From: Marsupella aquatica
Taxonomy: Eukaryota > Plantae > Marchantiophyta
Assembly (NCBI GenBank): GCA_973895155.1
Contig: OZ316895.1
Coordinates: 21,340,558 to 21,404,557, forward strand
DNA: 64,000 bases
Direction: 5' to 3'
Both the position numbers and the translations under genes were made by a program. Below, piece after piece: positions 1-11,290 of this stretch. Every line of letters begins with the position of its first letter. Position 1 is the first letter of the stretch. Under the pieces are notes generated by a model. It was not told the origin of the DNA, did not search any database, and was given only the letters and a program-made list of their open reading frames with translations.

Positions 1-84
1 GGTGTGAAAACAACTCAAGCTTCCTCTATGAGCCACGCTAACATAGGTCACCCCAATTTCTTGGAGCTCACGATACAATTGGGC
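1..84 (-). CDS. ABCD2: ABCD2-like C-terminal exon (H-loop), runs off the window
   Basis: Acceptor TGACAG|GCC at 85-86; translation AQLYRELQEIGVTYVSVAHRGSLSCFHT. Missed by the ORF track. Confidence 0.88.
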
Positions 85-976
85 CTGTCAATAAAATAAT
101 TAGCTGTTAGTGTGTGGTGCCAGGTAAAATTTCAAGATTAATGTTTTATACTGGAGTTGAGATGGAGTGAATTGTATAGTGCAAAACTTTAATGATGATA
201 TATGTATCGTTTTCAAAACAATTTACTTGGACATATGCCACTAAAAGTGTTTGGAATGAATTAGAACTTTGCTACTGGTTTACTTTATTTACCATTTTGC
301 TACGCTTTGTGCACAGCTTTTGTGATAGCCTAGGCTTGGTCTTGACATGAAAGTGTGTTTCTCCTATTGCTTGACTACTATACCCCTCGCTGTACCCTCA
401 CCAGTCCCAGAGTCATTGTGACTCTTGCTGCTCAATTCATTAATTTTTTAGGGTCGCCCTCACTCCCCACTATTACAATCACTCCCTGCCAACATGGAAC
501 TATTGGACACACACAGCACTCAGAGCATGTCAAGGCAACCAGTGTCCGTGTGAGGGTGGGATTTGGGGGTGACAAGCGTCAAAAACGTTATGGGCAATGG
601 AGTGGGGACTGGCAGACAACAATAACAGCTCTGAGAAAACAGAAAATTATTGTCACATCATGTCTTAAACACAAACAAAAATCATTGTTCATGCAACACT
701 TTACTGGGGTTAACTCACATACAAAAAGTGTGACAATTTAATAAGCACAGAGGATGTGTGGCAAACTTAAGTTATTAATGGCACATTTTTAACACTGTCT
801 AGCAATTGATATAACTTAGATGATTGTACTTTTAATGAGAATTGTAGTCCTTGGAACGGATTTTATAAATCCTGTATTGGAATTATTTTTGGAATCTCTA
901 GTTAGATGAAACAATCCAAAAATGAAGTTTACAAGTAGAATGTGACTCATACTTCTCTGCTTGACACTCTTAATAC

Positions 977-1242
977 CTCATTTTCTTCATCCATGGCACT
1001 GGTGGATTCATCCAAAAGGGCAAGCCTTGGTCGAGAAAGTAACAAGCGAGCAAAGGCAATCCGCTGTTGTTCACCATGGGAGAGCATAGTGGCCCAATCA
1101 ACATGTGAATCCAAACCTTCACATCTTTGCTGCAAGTGACTTAATTTTACACGAGCTAAAACTTCATATAACTCATGATCACTAGGTTCATGTCTTGTTT
1201 GTGAGCAATGTGGTTGTTCCCTTTCAATTGGTTGAGATGTCA
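977..1242 (-). CDS. ABCD2: ABCD2-like exon (ABC signature, Walker B, D-loop)
   Basis: Acceptor GCAG at 1243-1244, donor GAG|GTATTA at 975-976; contains [41 protein letters not shown]. Confidence 0.92.
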
Positions 1243-1645
1243 CTGCAGCAAACAATCACGTTTAAGCAGCTTGTAAATCCTTTTGCCTTAGTTACTGAGT
1301 GTATTCACTTGTGCTAGCATGTTTAGTTTTATCTCATTTACAAAGGTTGTACACGGCTCTTTTATAAAAATCATCTTTCAAAATCCATACTTTATGGATT
1401 AAGACAAAATCAGTGCCACATGATATTTTCCACTTAGTTTCACAAACATTGTATCTAAGCCAGTAAGAAGTGTTTGTCTCAATATAATGTCCGTAGTATA
1501 TGTCACAATTCCAAAAGTGAAAAACATGTTGGAAGGATATGACAGTGATCTTTAATGTTAGTATATAACTATCAATACACTTCCCTATACATCAGTGTGT
1601 GATTGTCCACCAACACAGACCAACAAAAAGATGAAAATATCACAC

Positions 1646-1979
1646 CTTTATTTCGGTCTGCAGTAGAGGCCCATGTGGGATATAGAAGTTGTTGTCTCAA
1701 GGATCCATGCACCATAAAGGGGTTTTGAGGCACAAAGAAAATCATACTTCCATTCCATTGGTCACCTTCATACTCGGTGACATTGTTTTCTACTTCAATT
1801 TCACCAAAAACTTGATTGCTGGTGGTAGCCTCACTCTGGTGAGTTTTGTGTGTTATCCTACTGTGTGGCTGGTTTTCACAACATCTTAAGTAGGTCCTCA
1901 CTGTACCCCTACCGCACTGCCAGAGCCCTGCAATGGCTCTTAGAAGAGATGTTTTCCCACTTCCACTTGGTCCCATTAC
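1646..1979 (-). CDS. ABCD2: ABCD2-like exon (Walker A, Q-loop)
   Basis: Acceptor ATAG|GTA at 1980-1981; VMGPSGSGKTSLLRAIAGLW...FFVPQNPFMVHGSLRQQLLYP. The donor AAAG|GTGTGA at 1644-1645 gives phase 1, matching the next exon. Confidence 0.88.
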
Positions 1980-2384
1980 CTATCATTATTTCACAACATC
2001 AATATCAAATAAGTTGAATGAACAGTTATTAAATCAGGTATCAAATGTGTGAAAAAGATCATCCTCCATTAATTTGAAGCAAACAATCTAATCAAAATTC
2101 TAGCTGACTTTGGCACTTAATTTAACCATGTTTAGCATGATATTAAACCAACTTGTGAATGAACCCAATTAGCATTGGCAACCCGTACTTGCTTCACAGG
2201 AAAACCAGGTAGTTAACCCTGTTTGGTATCATTTGGATTCTCTTAATGCTTTGTAATTAAAACTGTCAAGCAAATGTGACTAAACCCAGGATTTTTCAAA
2301 CTGTGTCCAATATAGTCAACTCTTCAAATTGCCATCAAAGGAGCCTCACAAATACCTACTTGAAATTAAATATAAAATAAAAAC

Positions 2385-2633
2385 TTCCAGGGTGGCCAAC
2401 GCCACATTGTGTGAAGGAGAAGATGCTGCAAATATTCCTTATCTAAGTTCCTAGATTGTTTTAGGACCATTGGATCCCCATTAGATTCTGGCTAATGGGG
2501 TTGCGATCTATGGCTAGGTGAGAAAATGGCTAATGGAACACAACAGACCTAGGCTCAAAATTCTTGCCAAATGTGGCAAAGACTTTTCAAAGAGGTGGAA
2601 TCTAGCTATTTTTGGCCACTACTAGAAACGCTG
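2385..2633. mobile_element. hAT-related MITE remnant in an ABCD intron
   Basis: Shares GAAGATGCT, TTAGATTCTGGCTAATGGG and GGTGGAAT...GCCACTAC blocks with the copies at 28413, 29086 and 32916. Ends in ...AAACGCTG like the hAT TIR. Confidence 0.55.
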
Positions 2634-2888
2634 CACCTAACTCACTAGAGGTGTAGTCCACTTGGGGACCGGGGATCACTTAGTTGTAGGTTGAGGTAGT
2701 AAACCTGTGACAGTCCCTATTTAGATAATCAAAGTAAATTGGAAGTAGAAGGTAGAGAATAAAAGTAAATGTAATATGATCATATGTTCAAAGTGTCAGT
2801 GGACCAATCATGTAGCAACATTATGCACTTTTTTATATATCACATGCATCATGGACTTTCCCAGGTTAATAATCCTCACTAGACTCAC

Positions 2889-3139
2889 CAGCAAGTGTTC
2901 TCCATGACAGATGGCAAATGTAAGATCTTCAATCAACACTGTAGTATATTGAGGGGTGTACAATGTCAAATGATCCACAGCAAGGAGAGGCAATATTCGA
3001 TGACTTGGACCAAAAAAGCCACTGCATTCAAAAATATCCATTTTCTTAATCCTTGGCTGAGAATTGGCCATTATAGTGGCATTTAAGCTGATCTCCTCTT
3101 CCTCTTCACTTGCTTTAGCTAAAACATCCACAAACTCAC
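2889..3139 (-). CDS. ABCD2: ABCD2-like exon (TMD-NBD linker)
   Basis: Acceptor TGCAG at 3140-3141, donor CTG|GTGAG at 2887-2888; GEFVDVL...LTLYTPQYTTVLIEDLTFAICHGEHLL. Confidence 0.88.
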
Positions 3140-3509
3140 CTGCAATCAAGAAGCATGTCAGCTTAAAGCTAGCTACTAAAGGTCAAGAAGAAGAAGGGTT
3201 GAGAACCTCAACATACACGTTCCAATCTTCTTGGGTTTAATTGAATGGGTTCCATTGATTGAATGTGTGGGAGCAAAACATTTCTAAAAACCCAAAAATC
3301 TTAGAGCTTTGGGATTTTGTTGCATCTTCAAAAATTATATTATTACCATTTGAGAGTAGGAGCTCGCCAACTCCCTTCAATGCATTTATCTAGCTATCTA
3401 AGTCTTTTAGAGAGAGAGAGGACAAGGAGGTGTTGTGATGCAAACTTTGCTAACAAAAGAAATTACAAGAGATGGAGAAGCAGTTTGTTGTGAGTCAAAT
3501 TGTTCTTAC

Positions 3510-3738
3510 CCAAACGATCAACCACTGCAGTGAAAGCAGTAATGGATTGAAATTGGTAAACAACCAATGATAGATCACCCAATATGTGATCAAAAGCAGC
3601 AAAGGATTGATTGATTACTCCAAAATCAATCTTTCCCTTGAAATATATTGGTGCTACGACTGCTGCTGGCAATAGTTGAATAAAGTATCGATATCCACTT
3701 GTGAAAAAGTTCAAATTTCTTGAGACAACAAGTAATTT
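3510..3738 (-). CDS. ABCD2: ABCD2-like exon (transmembrane domain)
   Basis: Acceptor CCAG at 3739-3740, donor G|GTAAG at 3508-3509; RNLNFFTSGYRYFIQLLPAAVVAPIYFKGKIDFGVINQS...VVDRL. Confidence 0.92.
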
Positions 3739-4735
3739 CTGGATACAGTACACATTAAAATTTAGGCACCGTAATTAAGTTGTACTAATGACAACTATAT
3801 ATCAAGTGAAATGTGAATGTAATATTCATTCTCCCTGAAAGAACAAAATGTGGCGGAAGGGAATATGAAATCTATGCATGTAATTCATGACGTGATTCTA
3901 TGACTATAAGTTACTAAATATATTTTAGGATGGATGGACACAATGGGATCCTCCTAATCCACTCTTTGTCAAAGTTTGTAGAGTTAATTCTGGCTCCCAA
4001 ATATATTATCAAAACTGAGTAATAGTTGGAAGTCATATAATTCCAGCTGAGGATGCTTGTGCCAAAATTGGAGTTATAGGTACAGTATGGTGTGGGCACC
4101 ATGTGATTTTTTGGGATGTTTTAGAGCTTGTTTCATTTTTCAAAACTATTTGTATAGCATGAATTTGCACCACCATGCACTTACAAGCACACCATTATTG
4201 CAATCTCCACCCCATAAAGTTACATTAGAGTTAAGTCTATTTTATAAGTTCAAAGCACTCGATCTATTTTGGTTTATTTCATGCAAAAGTATGAATCACA
4301 TCTAATGGAAAGTGCACCTAATATAGAATTCCTTCATGCTAGAGTTTGTCCTAAGTTGTCCCAAGGGTCCCAAAACTGTCCAAAATAATTGAGCCACAAG
4401 TAATTTAATTACTAATTTGCCCCCCATCACACAATCGAGCTGACATTCCAATTACTTGAGCTATTTCTGGCCGTCATTTTGCCTGCACAAGAAGGCAACA
4501 GGGCTTGGGGGGTAATCAGGTAAGAAATGGTTCGTTCATTTCATGTCACCACACATATATGTCTATAAGGGAAGTGAGGTTGATAACTTTCACAAGGGCA
4601 GTGTCACTGACCCTCTTCTCCAATAATATTGAGCTAAATAGAAAGTAGAACTTGTAACATGTATCCTTTAATTTCAAAACAAAACCAATCAAGAAGTATG
4701 AAAGAGCTTGTTTACCACCAAAGAAAGGCTCCTAC

Positions 4736-4900
4736 AGTTAAATTGTCCATGGAAAATCTTAAACAATGCAACAGATGCTGGATCTGGCTTTTTTCTCCTC
4801 CATAGAAAGCAATGGATTCTGCATTTTCCCTTGCTCTAAGTAACCCATATCGCAGATCTGCTTCAGTTTTTTCTTGTGTAAAATTGAGACCAACCAAGCT
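4736..4900 (-). CDS. ABCD2: ABCD2-like exon (EAA motif)
   Basis: Acceptor GCAG at 4901-4902, donor ACT|GTAGG at 4734-4735; SLVGLNFTQEKTEADLRYGLLRARENAESIAFYGGE. Confidence 0.9.
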
Positions 4901-5350
4901 CTGCCATTTACCAACCCATAAACAAGGCCACTAAATAAAACTTATGTAACATGGATTGATTCCGTAGTTCTTGTTAGACACTTAATTGTGGTTTAATGTT
5001 TTCTTTGTAATTTTTGCACTTTTGGAGAAAGAATGCCTAGTGTAGGCCTTCTGGGGAATTCCCACATTTTATAGTCCTTTAGTTATGTCTTGGTAGACAG
5101 AGTGAACATTTTATTTTCATGGAATCTGTATCTTTCTTTCACTGAGAGAAAAGGAAGAGAAAGATAAACAATAGTAGCAGTGAAACATCTTTCAGGAGTT
5201 AGTCTAGTGTATTAATCCACAATATAAATATGCACAACACTCATCCTACCTCTTAAGTGTATGTATTGATGCTTCAAAATTAACACCAAGCCTACTAAGT
5301 TTGGGAAACCTTCTATGCAAGGAAGATGGGTCGCAAATGAAATTGGATAC

Positions 5351-5677
5351 CTTTCCTAGAAGCACACTGCAAATGGTGCCAATGGATGAATAGCTGATGA
5401 GTACAAGAAACAGAGGAGGATAAATTCCATATAGAATGCTGCTGAAACATATCAGATCCACAATTGCATTAAAGAGCCCCATAGCAAACTCCAAAGCACC
5501 TTTGGTGAAAGAATTCACATCGTTCACAATTCGCTGGTCAGGATTGTCCAGCAAGGAAAATGCCTCAATATTGTAGAACGTACGGTTCTCAAAATACAAC
5601 TCTATGTAATGGTTTGTCAACCATTTTCGCCACCTCATGGCCAACAAATCCCTCATGTAATCTCTAAGCACAAACAC
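5351..5677 (-). CDS. ABCD2: ABCD2-like exon (transmembrane domain)
   Basis: Acceptor ACAG at 5678-5679, donor AAG|GTATCC at 5349-5350; VFVLRDY...RWRKWLT...DNPDQRIVND...LLGK. Confidence 0.92.
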
Positions 5678-5965
5678 CTGTCAAAGCTCATTAGTCATTT
5701 GTTAAGAAGGACTTAACAACAAAATGGCAACCCAGGTATTCAATTCTGCTTTCTTATATGAGGTTCTTATAAGAATGGTGATTGTAATACCAATTAAAAG
5801 GACAGTTACGATATATTTCTACTGTTTGCCATTGATTTTACTTGCTTGCCAATTCTCACTTTGTTGCAATAAACTTACTCTAAATTGAAAGTGATCAAAC
5901 TCTCTTAAACATAGCAAAGAATTATGAAAGGACAAATTTCTCAGGTACGAGCTGATAAGACTCAC

Positions 5966-6033
5966 CGGAATACCTCCAAGGAATGCACATAAGTACAAAA
6001 CTAGCTGCCTCTTGAATTTTTGGGGGTCTCTGT
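5966..6033 (-). CDS. ABCD2: ABCD2-like small exon
   Basis: Acceptor GTAG at 6034-6035, donor CCG|GTGAG at 5964-5965; (N)RDPQKFKRQLVLYLCAFLGGIP, with phases fitting both neighbours. Confidence 0.88.
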
Positions 6034-6618
6034 CTACATCACCCCAAAATGCATAAATTTGAGGCTACATGCAACGATTACAAGCTAGCCATAATTAATT
6101 GAATGTCTCATAAAACTTACAACATCTCACACATGAATACATTATGGAAATGCCTGTGCATTGCACATGATTGTCTATAGTAAGTGATGTTGTCAGCATG
6201 AGTGCTGTCCAGCATAAGTGAGATGGCCAAGCAGCTAGCAAGCCTCGCATCATTCTGGATCTCAAGGAGTGTGTGAGCTGCTGGGAGAGTGACAAGTCTG
6301 GCGTGGAAAACATGCACAGGAATACCTAAACAGACCACCATTGAGAATGAAAGAGCGGGATTGCACACTATTGTGTTTAGATTTGAGTGGGTCAAAGGAA
6401 ACAGGGGCATCTTCACCTATGTCATGTGTTTATTTTGGTGGTAATGGGGTTGGAAAACTTATTTTCTAAATCATAGAGAAATAAAATGAAAGGCTGGCCA
6501 TTGATCCATCAAAATTTATGATTAAAATATTTATGACTTGTGATGGAAATTTACACAATCATGAAACCACTCCACATGTGGTCATATAGTTTGTTGTTGC
6601 AACAGTAGAATTACTTAC

Positions 6619-6799
6619 TGGCAAGAGCATTGTAGAAATCTCTTCCTAGAAAACTGAAGCTCACGCTTATTCCTGTGGTGGCCAGGGTAAGAACAAAAAC
6701 AGCTACAAAGCGTATGCGGGCCTGCACTTTGTCTTCTGAGAACCAATAAGGGGACGCAACTTTGATAAATCTTTTAATGATGGTCTTGAAATCAGACCC
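6619..6799 (-). CDS. ABCD2: ABCD2-like exon (start of the conserved membrane domain)
   Basis: Acceptor ACAG at 6800-6801, donor A|GTAAG at 6617-6618; GSDFKTIIKRFIKVASPYWFSEDKVQARIRFVAVFVLTLATTGISVSFSFLGRDFYNALA. Confidence 0.92.
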
Positions 6800-7233
6800 C
6801 TGTCATCACAGTTCATTTGGAAAGTTAACATAAGTTATGTTGATGGGATAATAACTATCGATCTCTCTTTTGATTGATCTACCTAAGAGGCTTCTGAAAC
6901 ACATATTTCTAGGTCTGCGAAGGCACAATATTAATATCATTGATATCGTGCTTCAAGTCTCTCTTAGCAAACACCAGCAATATATGAATGTCTCACACAT
7001 AAGCACATATAAGGCATGATTGAGCAATTCCTGCACCTGTATACTCAAAATGACATAAATTACTGCAAAATGATTCAAAATATATATGACTGTTTGTCCT
7101 TTAGGGATCACTGAATGAGGTATAAAAACACTTCAAGAGTGAGGTGAATAAGAAACTCTTCAGTTTCTACAATCAACACAATGACAACGGGCTTGAAAAT
7201 TTTATAAGGTCTTAAATACATGATCAAGTGAAT

Positions 7234-7385
7234 ACAAGTAGGGTTGGGTAGCAAATTTTGGTATAATTACATTAACTGTTTCTATGACTACAGCTTTGGA
7301 AATTTTAACAAGTAGGGTTGGGTAGCAATTTGTATTTTTACACTAACTTATTTCTATGACTCCAGCTTTGAAAGTTTTAAGTAGG
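7234..7385. repeat. Tandem duplication, ~73-bp unit x2
   Basis: ACAAGTAGGGTTGGGTAGCAA...TTTCTATGACTMCAGCTTTG occurs twice. Confidence 0.85.
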
Positions 7386-7487
7386 CTCGAGCAAATGTGG
7401 GCGCCCCAAAAAGACATTTCATAGTCATATTGAGCAAACAAGCAAGACAGTCGTAATAACATGGTAGAGAAGATTAGAAGCATGTAC

Positions 7488-7643
7488 ATGGCGGGGATTC
7501 TCTTGAGAATTTGAGGCCCCGTTCTCTGATAGGGTGCTCTCCTCCCTTGAATCCCTGTCTTCAAGTAGCGAACTATAAAATGCCCCATCCATCCCTTGTT
7601 GTTGTTCTTCTTGTGAGATGCCCTCAATCTCACATGCCACTGA
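7488..7643 (-). CDS. Putative ABCD2-like N-terminal acidic linker exon
   Basis: Acceptor TTTTCAG at 7644-7645, donor CAT|GTACAT at 7486-7487; open frame SVACEIEG...ENPRH, phase 0 with the next exon. No conserved motif confirms it. Confidence 0.5.
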
Positions 7644-7775
7644 CTGAAAATTTAACCAGTAATTGGAGTAATTGGGCATGAATCATGCCTTAAAGTTGAC
7701 ACCTTAGATGTCTTGGAAGAGAAGAATGTCTATATCTCAGTTCTAATATACATTCCCATGTACAACTTGATAAAC

Positions 7776-7928
7776 CTTACACTCCCACAATCTACAAATG
7801 AAAGTGCTTTTGGCTTGGTTCACACACTTGTACACTAAAGCAGTGTGTGTGTTCAGAAGATGAGAAATGTGAAGGGATAGGGATAACAATGGCACATCCA
7901 CTACAATTCTAGCAGAGGTGACTTTCAT
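7776..7928 (-). CDS. Putative first coding exon (transit-peptide-like)
   Basis: ATG at 7928; MKVTSARIVVDVPLLSLSLHISH...LWECK followed by a possible donor (AAG|GTTTAT, or GTAAGG 5 nt earlier). Either donor can join the next putative exon in frame. Confidence 0.35.
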
Positions 7929-9715
7929 CAGCTTAAACAGGATTCTACCTTGATTGTAGCTTTACATGGGTCTTAGAGTATTGAATGACGATTCAAAGAA
8001 ATTTCCTTGGTGCCTGGTATGAATATCACACAACTGCATGGATACAAAAGTAGCAGTCATACATGTTGAGGGAAAGTAGAGCGTTCCATATCCCTAATGA
8101 TCATAAAGGTGTTTTGAAATGGAATATAATTGGTGAAAACGAGAAACTGAAGCAAGCACAAAGACGATACATAAAAAGTAACATGATTGGATGAGATAGC
8201 AATGGGTGTCGCAAAAGGCAGGAAAACATCTAAAAGGCGGGCTAAAAATGTCCACAGCTGATGCCTTTTTTCCTTTATTAAAAAAAGTCATCCCAATCCA
8301 AAGGGTTTAGGGTCTATCCCAATAATGCATGTAGCTCAATGGAGAGAAGCACAGACCAACTAACTGTGAAAATGTATGTCTTAAAATGAGAAACCGGCAA
8401 AAGCAATCAAAGAGTCCACAATCTCAACATAGTCCTGTCTCAAAAAAACTCTAGTTTGCAAATCGAAACCTCCAGTTGTGCATAGCAAGCTGTTAACACT
8501 GCTGATGAGATTATTTTGCATATTTTGGCTAGAGTTGTACAAAATTTATTTCAGTTGAAGAAGAATTAAGCACAAGTTGATAGAATTGTACTTTTTTTCA
8601 GTGGATATGCGCTCGGATATGCTTATACACCCACTGTAAGCTTGGATTGATTTTATCTTGGCGGCTTGTCCAATTGTACTAAAATCCTTTGCTTCACCCA
8701 ACCTGACCAACTAACACCCATTGTCTGCTTGAATGTGTCTTTGCTGCCACGAAATGGCTTTCCCATGGACTGTTTAATTAATCTCTACAGAGTCTTTGAA
8801 TTGGTGTTTGCTTCAAGATTCCCTTTCAGAGGTATGTGTGCGGGTAGATATTGGTGTTTATTTGCTGCCTAAACTGGTCTAGCTGGACTCCTTGATTGCC
8901 CGTTTGATTGATGAATACATTCAGAGCTTTTGAACTGGTTTTCCCGATTTCTCCTGTGTGCCTTAATTCTCGTTCAGCTAGAGTTTCCAAAGGATCATTC
9001 GATCGATCGCTCCGACCACCCAAATGTTCGTCTGCAATATGCTAAACATCTTTACTCTCTCTTCTTTTAGATATCTTTCCTCTTTCTGTTGACAACCACT
9101 TTCTTTAAATCGAACATCAATGTTGCCCTCTCCTCTAAACTTCTAGCTATGCAATTTCAGTTTTTCTCTGACTCAGACTGTTCTTCTTCACTATTCTTGA
9201 TTGTTAAATCTGTGCTGATTACATAGGTTGGTGCAATGCTTTGGTCCTGGTTTCCAGCTCTTAGTATCGACTAGCCAGTATACCCGTGTATATACAGAGT
9301 AGGGTTTCCCCTACCCAGACTCTCCATGCCCGTCTCTACTCACAAACATAGTCTAATATACAAAATTTTCTGCTACGAGAATCGTCTGACTCTGACCACG
9401 GAATTAGTCATGAACGGTGTGATCGAAAATTGTAGCATACGTTCATATCTTGTATGATACAATTATTGACTGCATTCTCAGTTGAGAGTGTCTCCGGTTC
9501 ATCTATCTCGTTTAGTGTCGTCTTCTATATGTCTGTTCGGTTTGAAGAATATGAACTGTGTGCAATAATCTTCTCCAATTATAAACCATCGTAAATAATC
9601 TCAATAATGTTAACATTCTTCGTATCTCTTCTGTTATTGCAGACGTTTCTTACCCTCTCCTAAGTTCAGCTACTTTCCCCAGACTATTTTAGGTCTAAGT
9701 TTTCCGATTGTTGAC

Positions 9716-10023
9716 TGGCTCAGACTATTTTAGGTGTAAGTTTTTCTCCTTATTACTCTTTGAGCGCTTCCCATCTTTTCTGAAAATTATTGATGATCGT
9801 AGGAATTACTCTGTGAAGTTCTTCATTTGTGCTGTGTACGAAACGAACCAATACTTGAGTGTGTAAATGGCTCAGACTTTTTTAGGTGTAAGTTTTGCTC
9901 CTCACTCTTTAAGCGCTTCCCGTCTTTTCTTCAAATTCTTGATGATCGTAGAAATTACTCTGTATGTGAAGTTCGTCCTTTGTGCTGTGGACAAGTGGAA
10001 CCAATATTTGAGTGTGTAACTGG
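9716..10023. repeat. Tandem duplication, ~153-bp unit x2, plus a partial copy at ~9680
   Basis: TGGCTCAGACTWTTTTAGGTGTAAGTTTT...TGATGATCGTAG...GAACCAATAYTTGAGTGTGTAA occurs twice with scattered substitutions. Confidence 0.85.
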
Positions 10024-11100
10024 ACATGACGCTTGCCAGCGAATTGACCATGTTTTAGCAGCTTGGCAAAGCTGATGACTACCAATTCCAATTCGTAAAG
10101 ATCGAATTGACTTACTGATTTTATAGCCTGCACTACTCATATCGAACCGAAAGTGCAAGCTATCATACCCTAAGATCAATCAATAAAAGAGGTCAGAATT
10201 CAAAGCATTAATCTCCCTGGACGACGGGTCACCATGAGCCCCTAAATCATGCAAGAAAGCTCGGATGGAACATTCCACTCATGCTCAGATTCACCTGCAC
10301 TCACATATAGACGAGAATTAGGATATATTCAATGCGCATAGTTTCCAGTTAGTCGGAAAAACTCTAGTGTGAAACTCTTTTTGCCTCGAAATGAGTCTCA
10401 GAGAGGAGTTGACAAGTGATTTTCGTCCAGTTTCTACTTCGCTGGGAGGTTAAGAATTTGACATTTTCAGTCATAATTATCTCTTGTTGGATGGATGGAC
10501 GAAATGTAACTTTTAAAGATTTCAATCAGATCTCCGGTCTTTTAGATGGAATTGATCTCACTGTTTCTGAGCGTTCGGTCTGGTTTTTCGAGTCATAGCT
10601 TTGGAGACTTAATTCAAAAGCTTCGTTCGATCGAAGAGATTTATATTTTTTCTCTGACTTGTAATCAAATCTCGGTTGAATTTTGTAAGTGATTGTTTAA
10701 GGTTTTCAGTCAGACATCGATCCGATAGAAAAGTTCTGAGATTTCAGACAGAGGTTGGAATGATGGGAAAAAACGCTGTTCTTAGAGATTGTCAGCGGAT
10801 ATCTCGGTGGACGCAACAACTAATGTTTTCGAGATGTTCGGCTACAGTAGATTTTAGCCCGATCCCGAGAACACCGTTGAGTCAAAGGCCAGCAATTCGG
10901 ACGATCTGCAGGCAAAGATATCACGTGTATTTAATTCATTGACTATACTGACACAATATAATCAATATATTTCCACTATCTGGTTGATTAGTGAGAAAAC
11001 TCAATGGCAGTGAGGTCCAGCTACTCGATAGCGTGGGACACATCGCAACTCGACACAAGCAGCCAATCCTCTGCAGCTCACTGAAAGTCCCCAACGATAC

Positions 11101-11290
11101 AATCTTAGAACCCCACAACCCATTATGCAATTGTTTGGAATTCCATCTCCGTACCAATAATGTCGAATTCCAATAAAATTCCTCCCGCTACCTACCTGGA
11201 CTGAACAACCTTCTGCAAGACTTCAGCAAGGTCCCAATCAGACAATCTTAGAACCCCACAATCCCACAATGCAATTTCTCGGAATTTCAG
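11101..11290. repeat. Degenerate direct repeat with ~143-bp spacing
   Basis: AATCTTAGAACCCCACAA...ATGCAATT...GGAATT at 11101 and 11244. Confidence 0.65.

Larger units (their letters stand above)
1..7928 (-). other. ABCD2: ABC transporter D family (ABCD2-like, probably plastid-targeted half transporter) gene span; at least 9 well-supported coding exons, 3' end truncated by the window edge
   Basis: Exons spliced by hand at GT-AG sites give a phase-consistent protein. It has an ABC_membrane_2 region (KVASPYWFSEDK...LGRDFYNALA, DNPDQRI, EAA-like RENAESIAFYGGE) and an NBD ([40 protein letters not shown]). Confidence 0.92.

Noticed and set aside
355-741. 128-aa plus-strand ORF
   Set aside because: It lies antisense within the last ABCD intron, has a GTG start, overlaps a small CCAGTCCC/GGGACTGG-bounded repeat and shows no homology.
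9716-10023. CRISPR-like array (also considered at 45461 and 49575)
   Set aside because: These are two-copy tandem duplications with no unique spacers and no cas genes, in a eukaryotic context.
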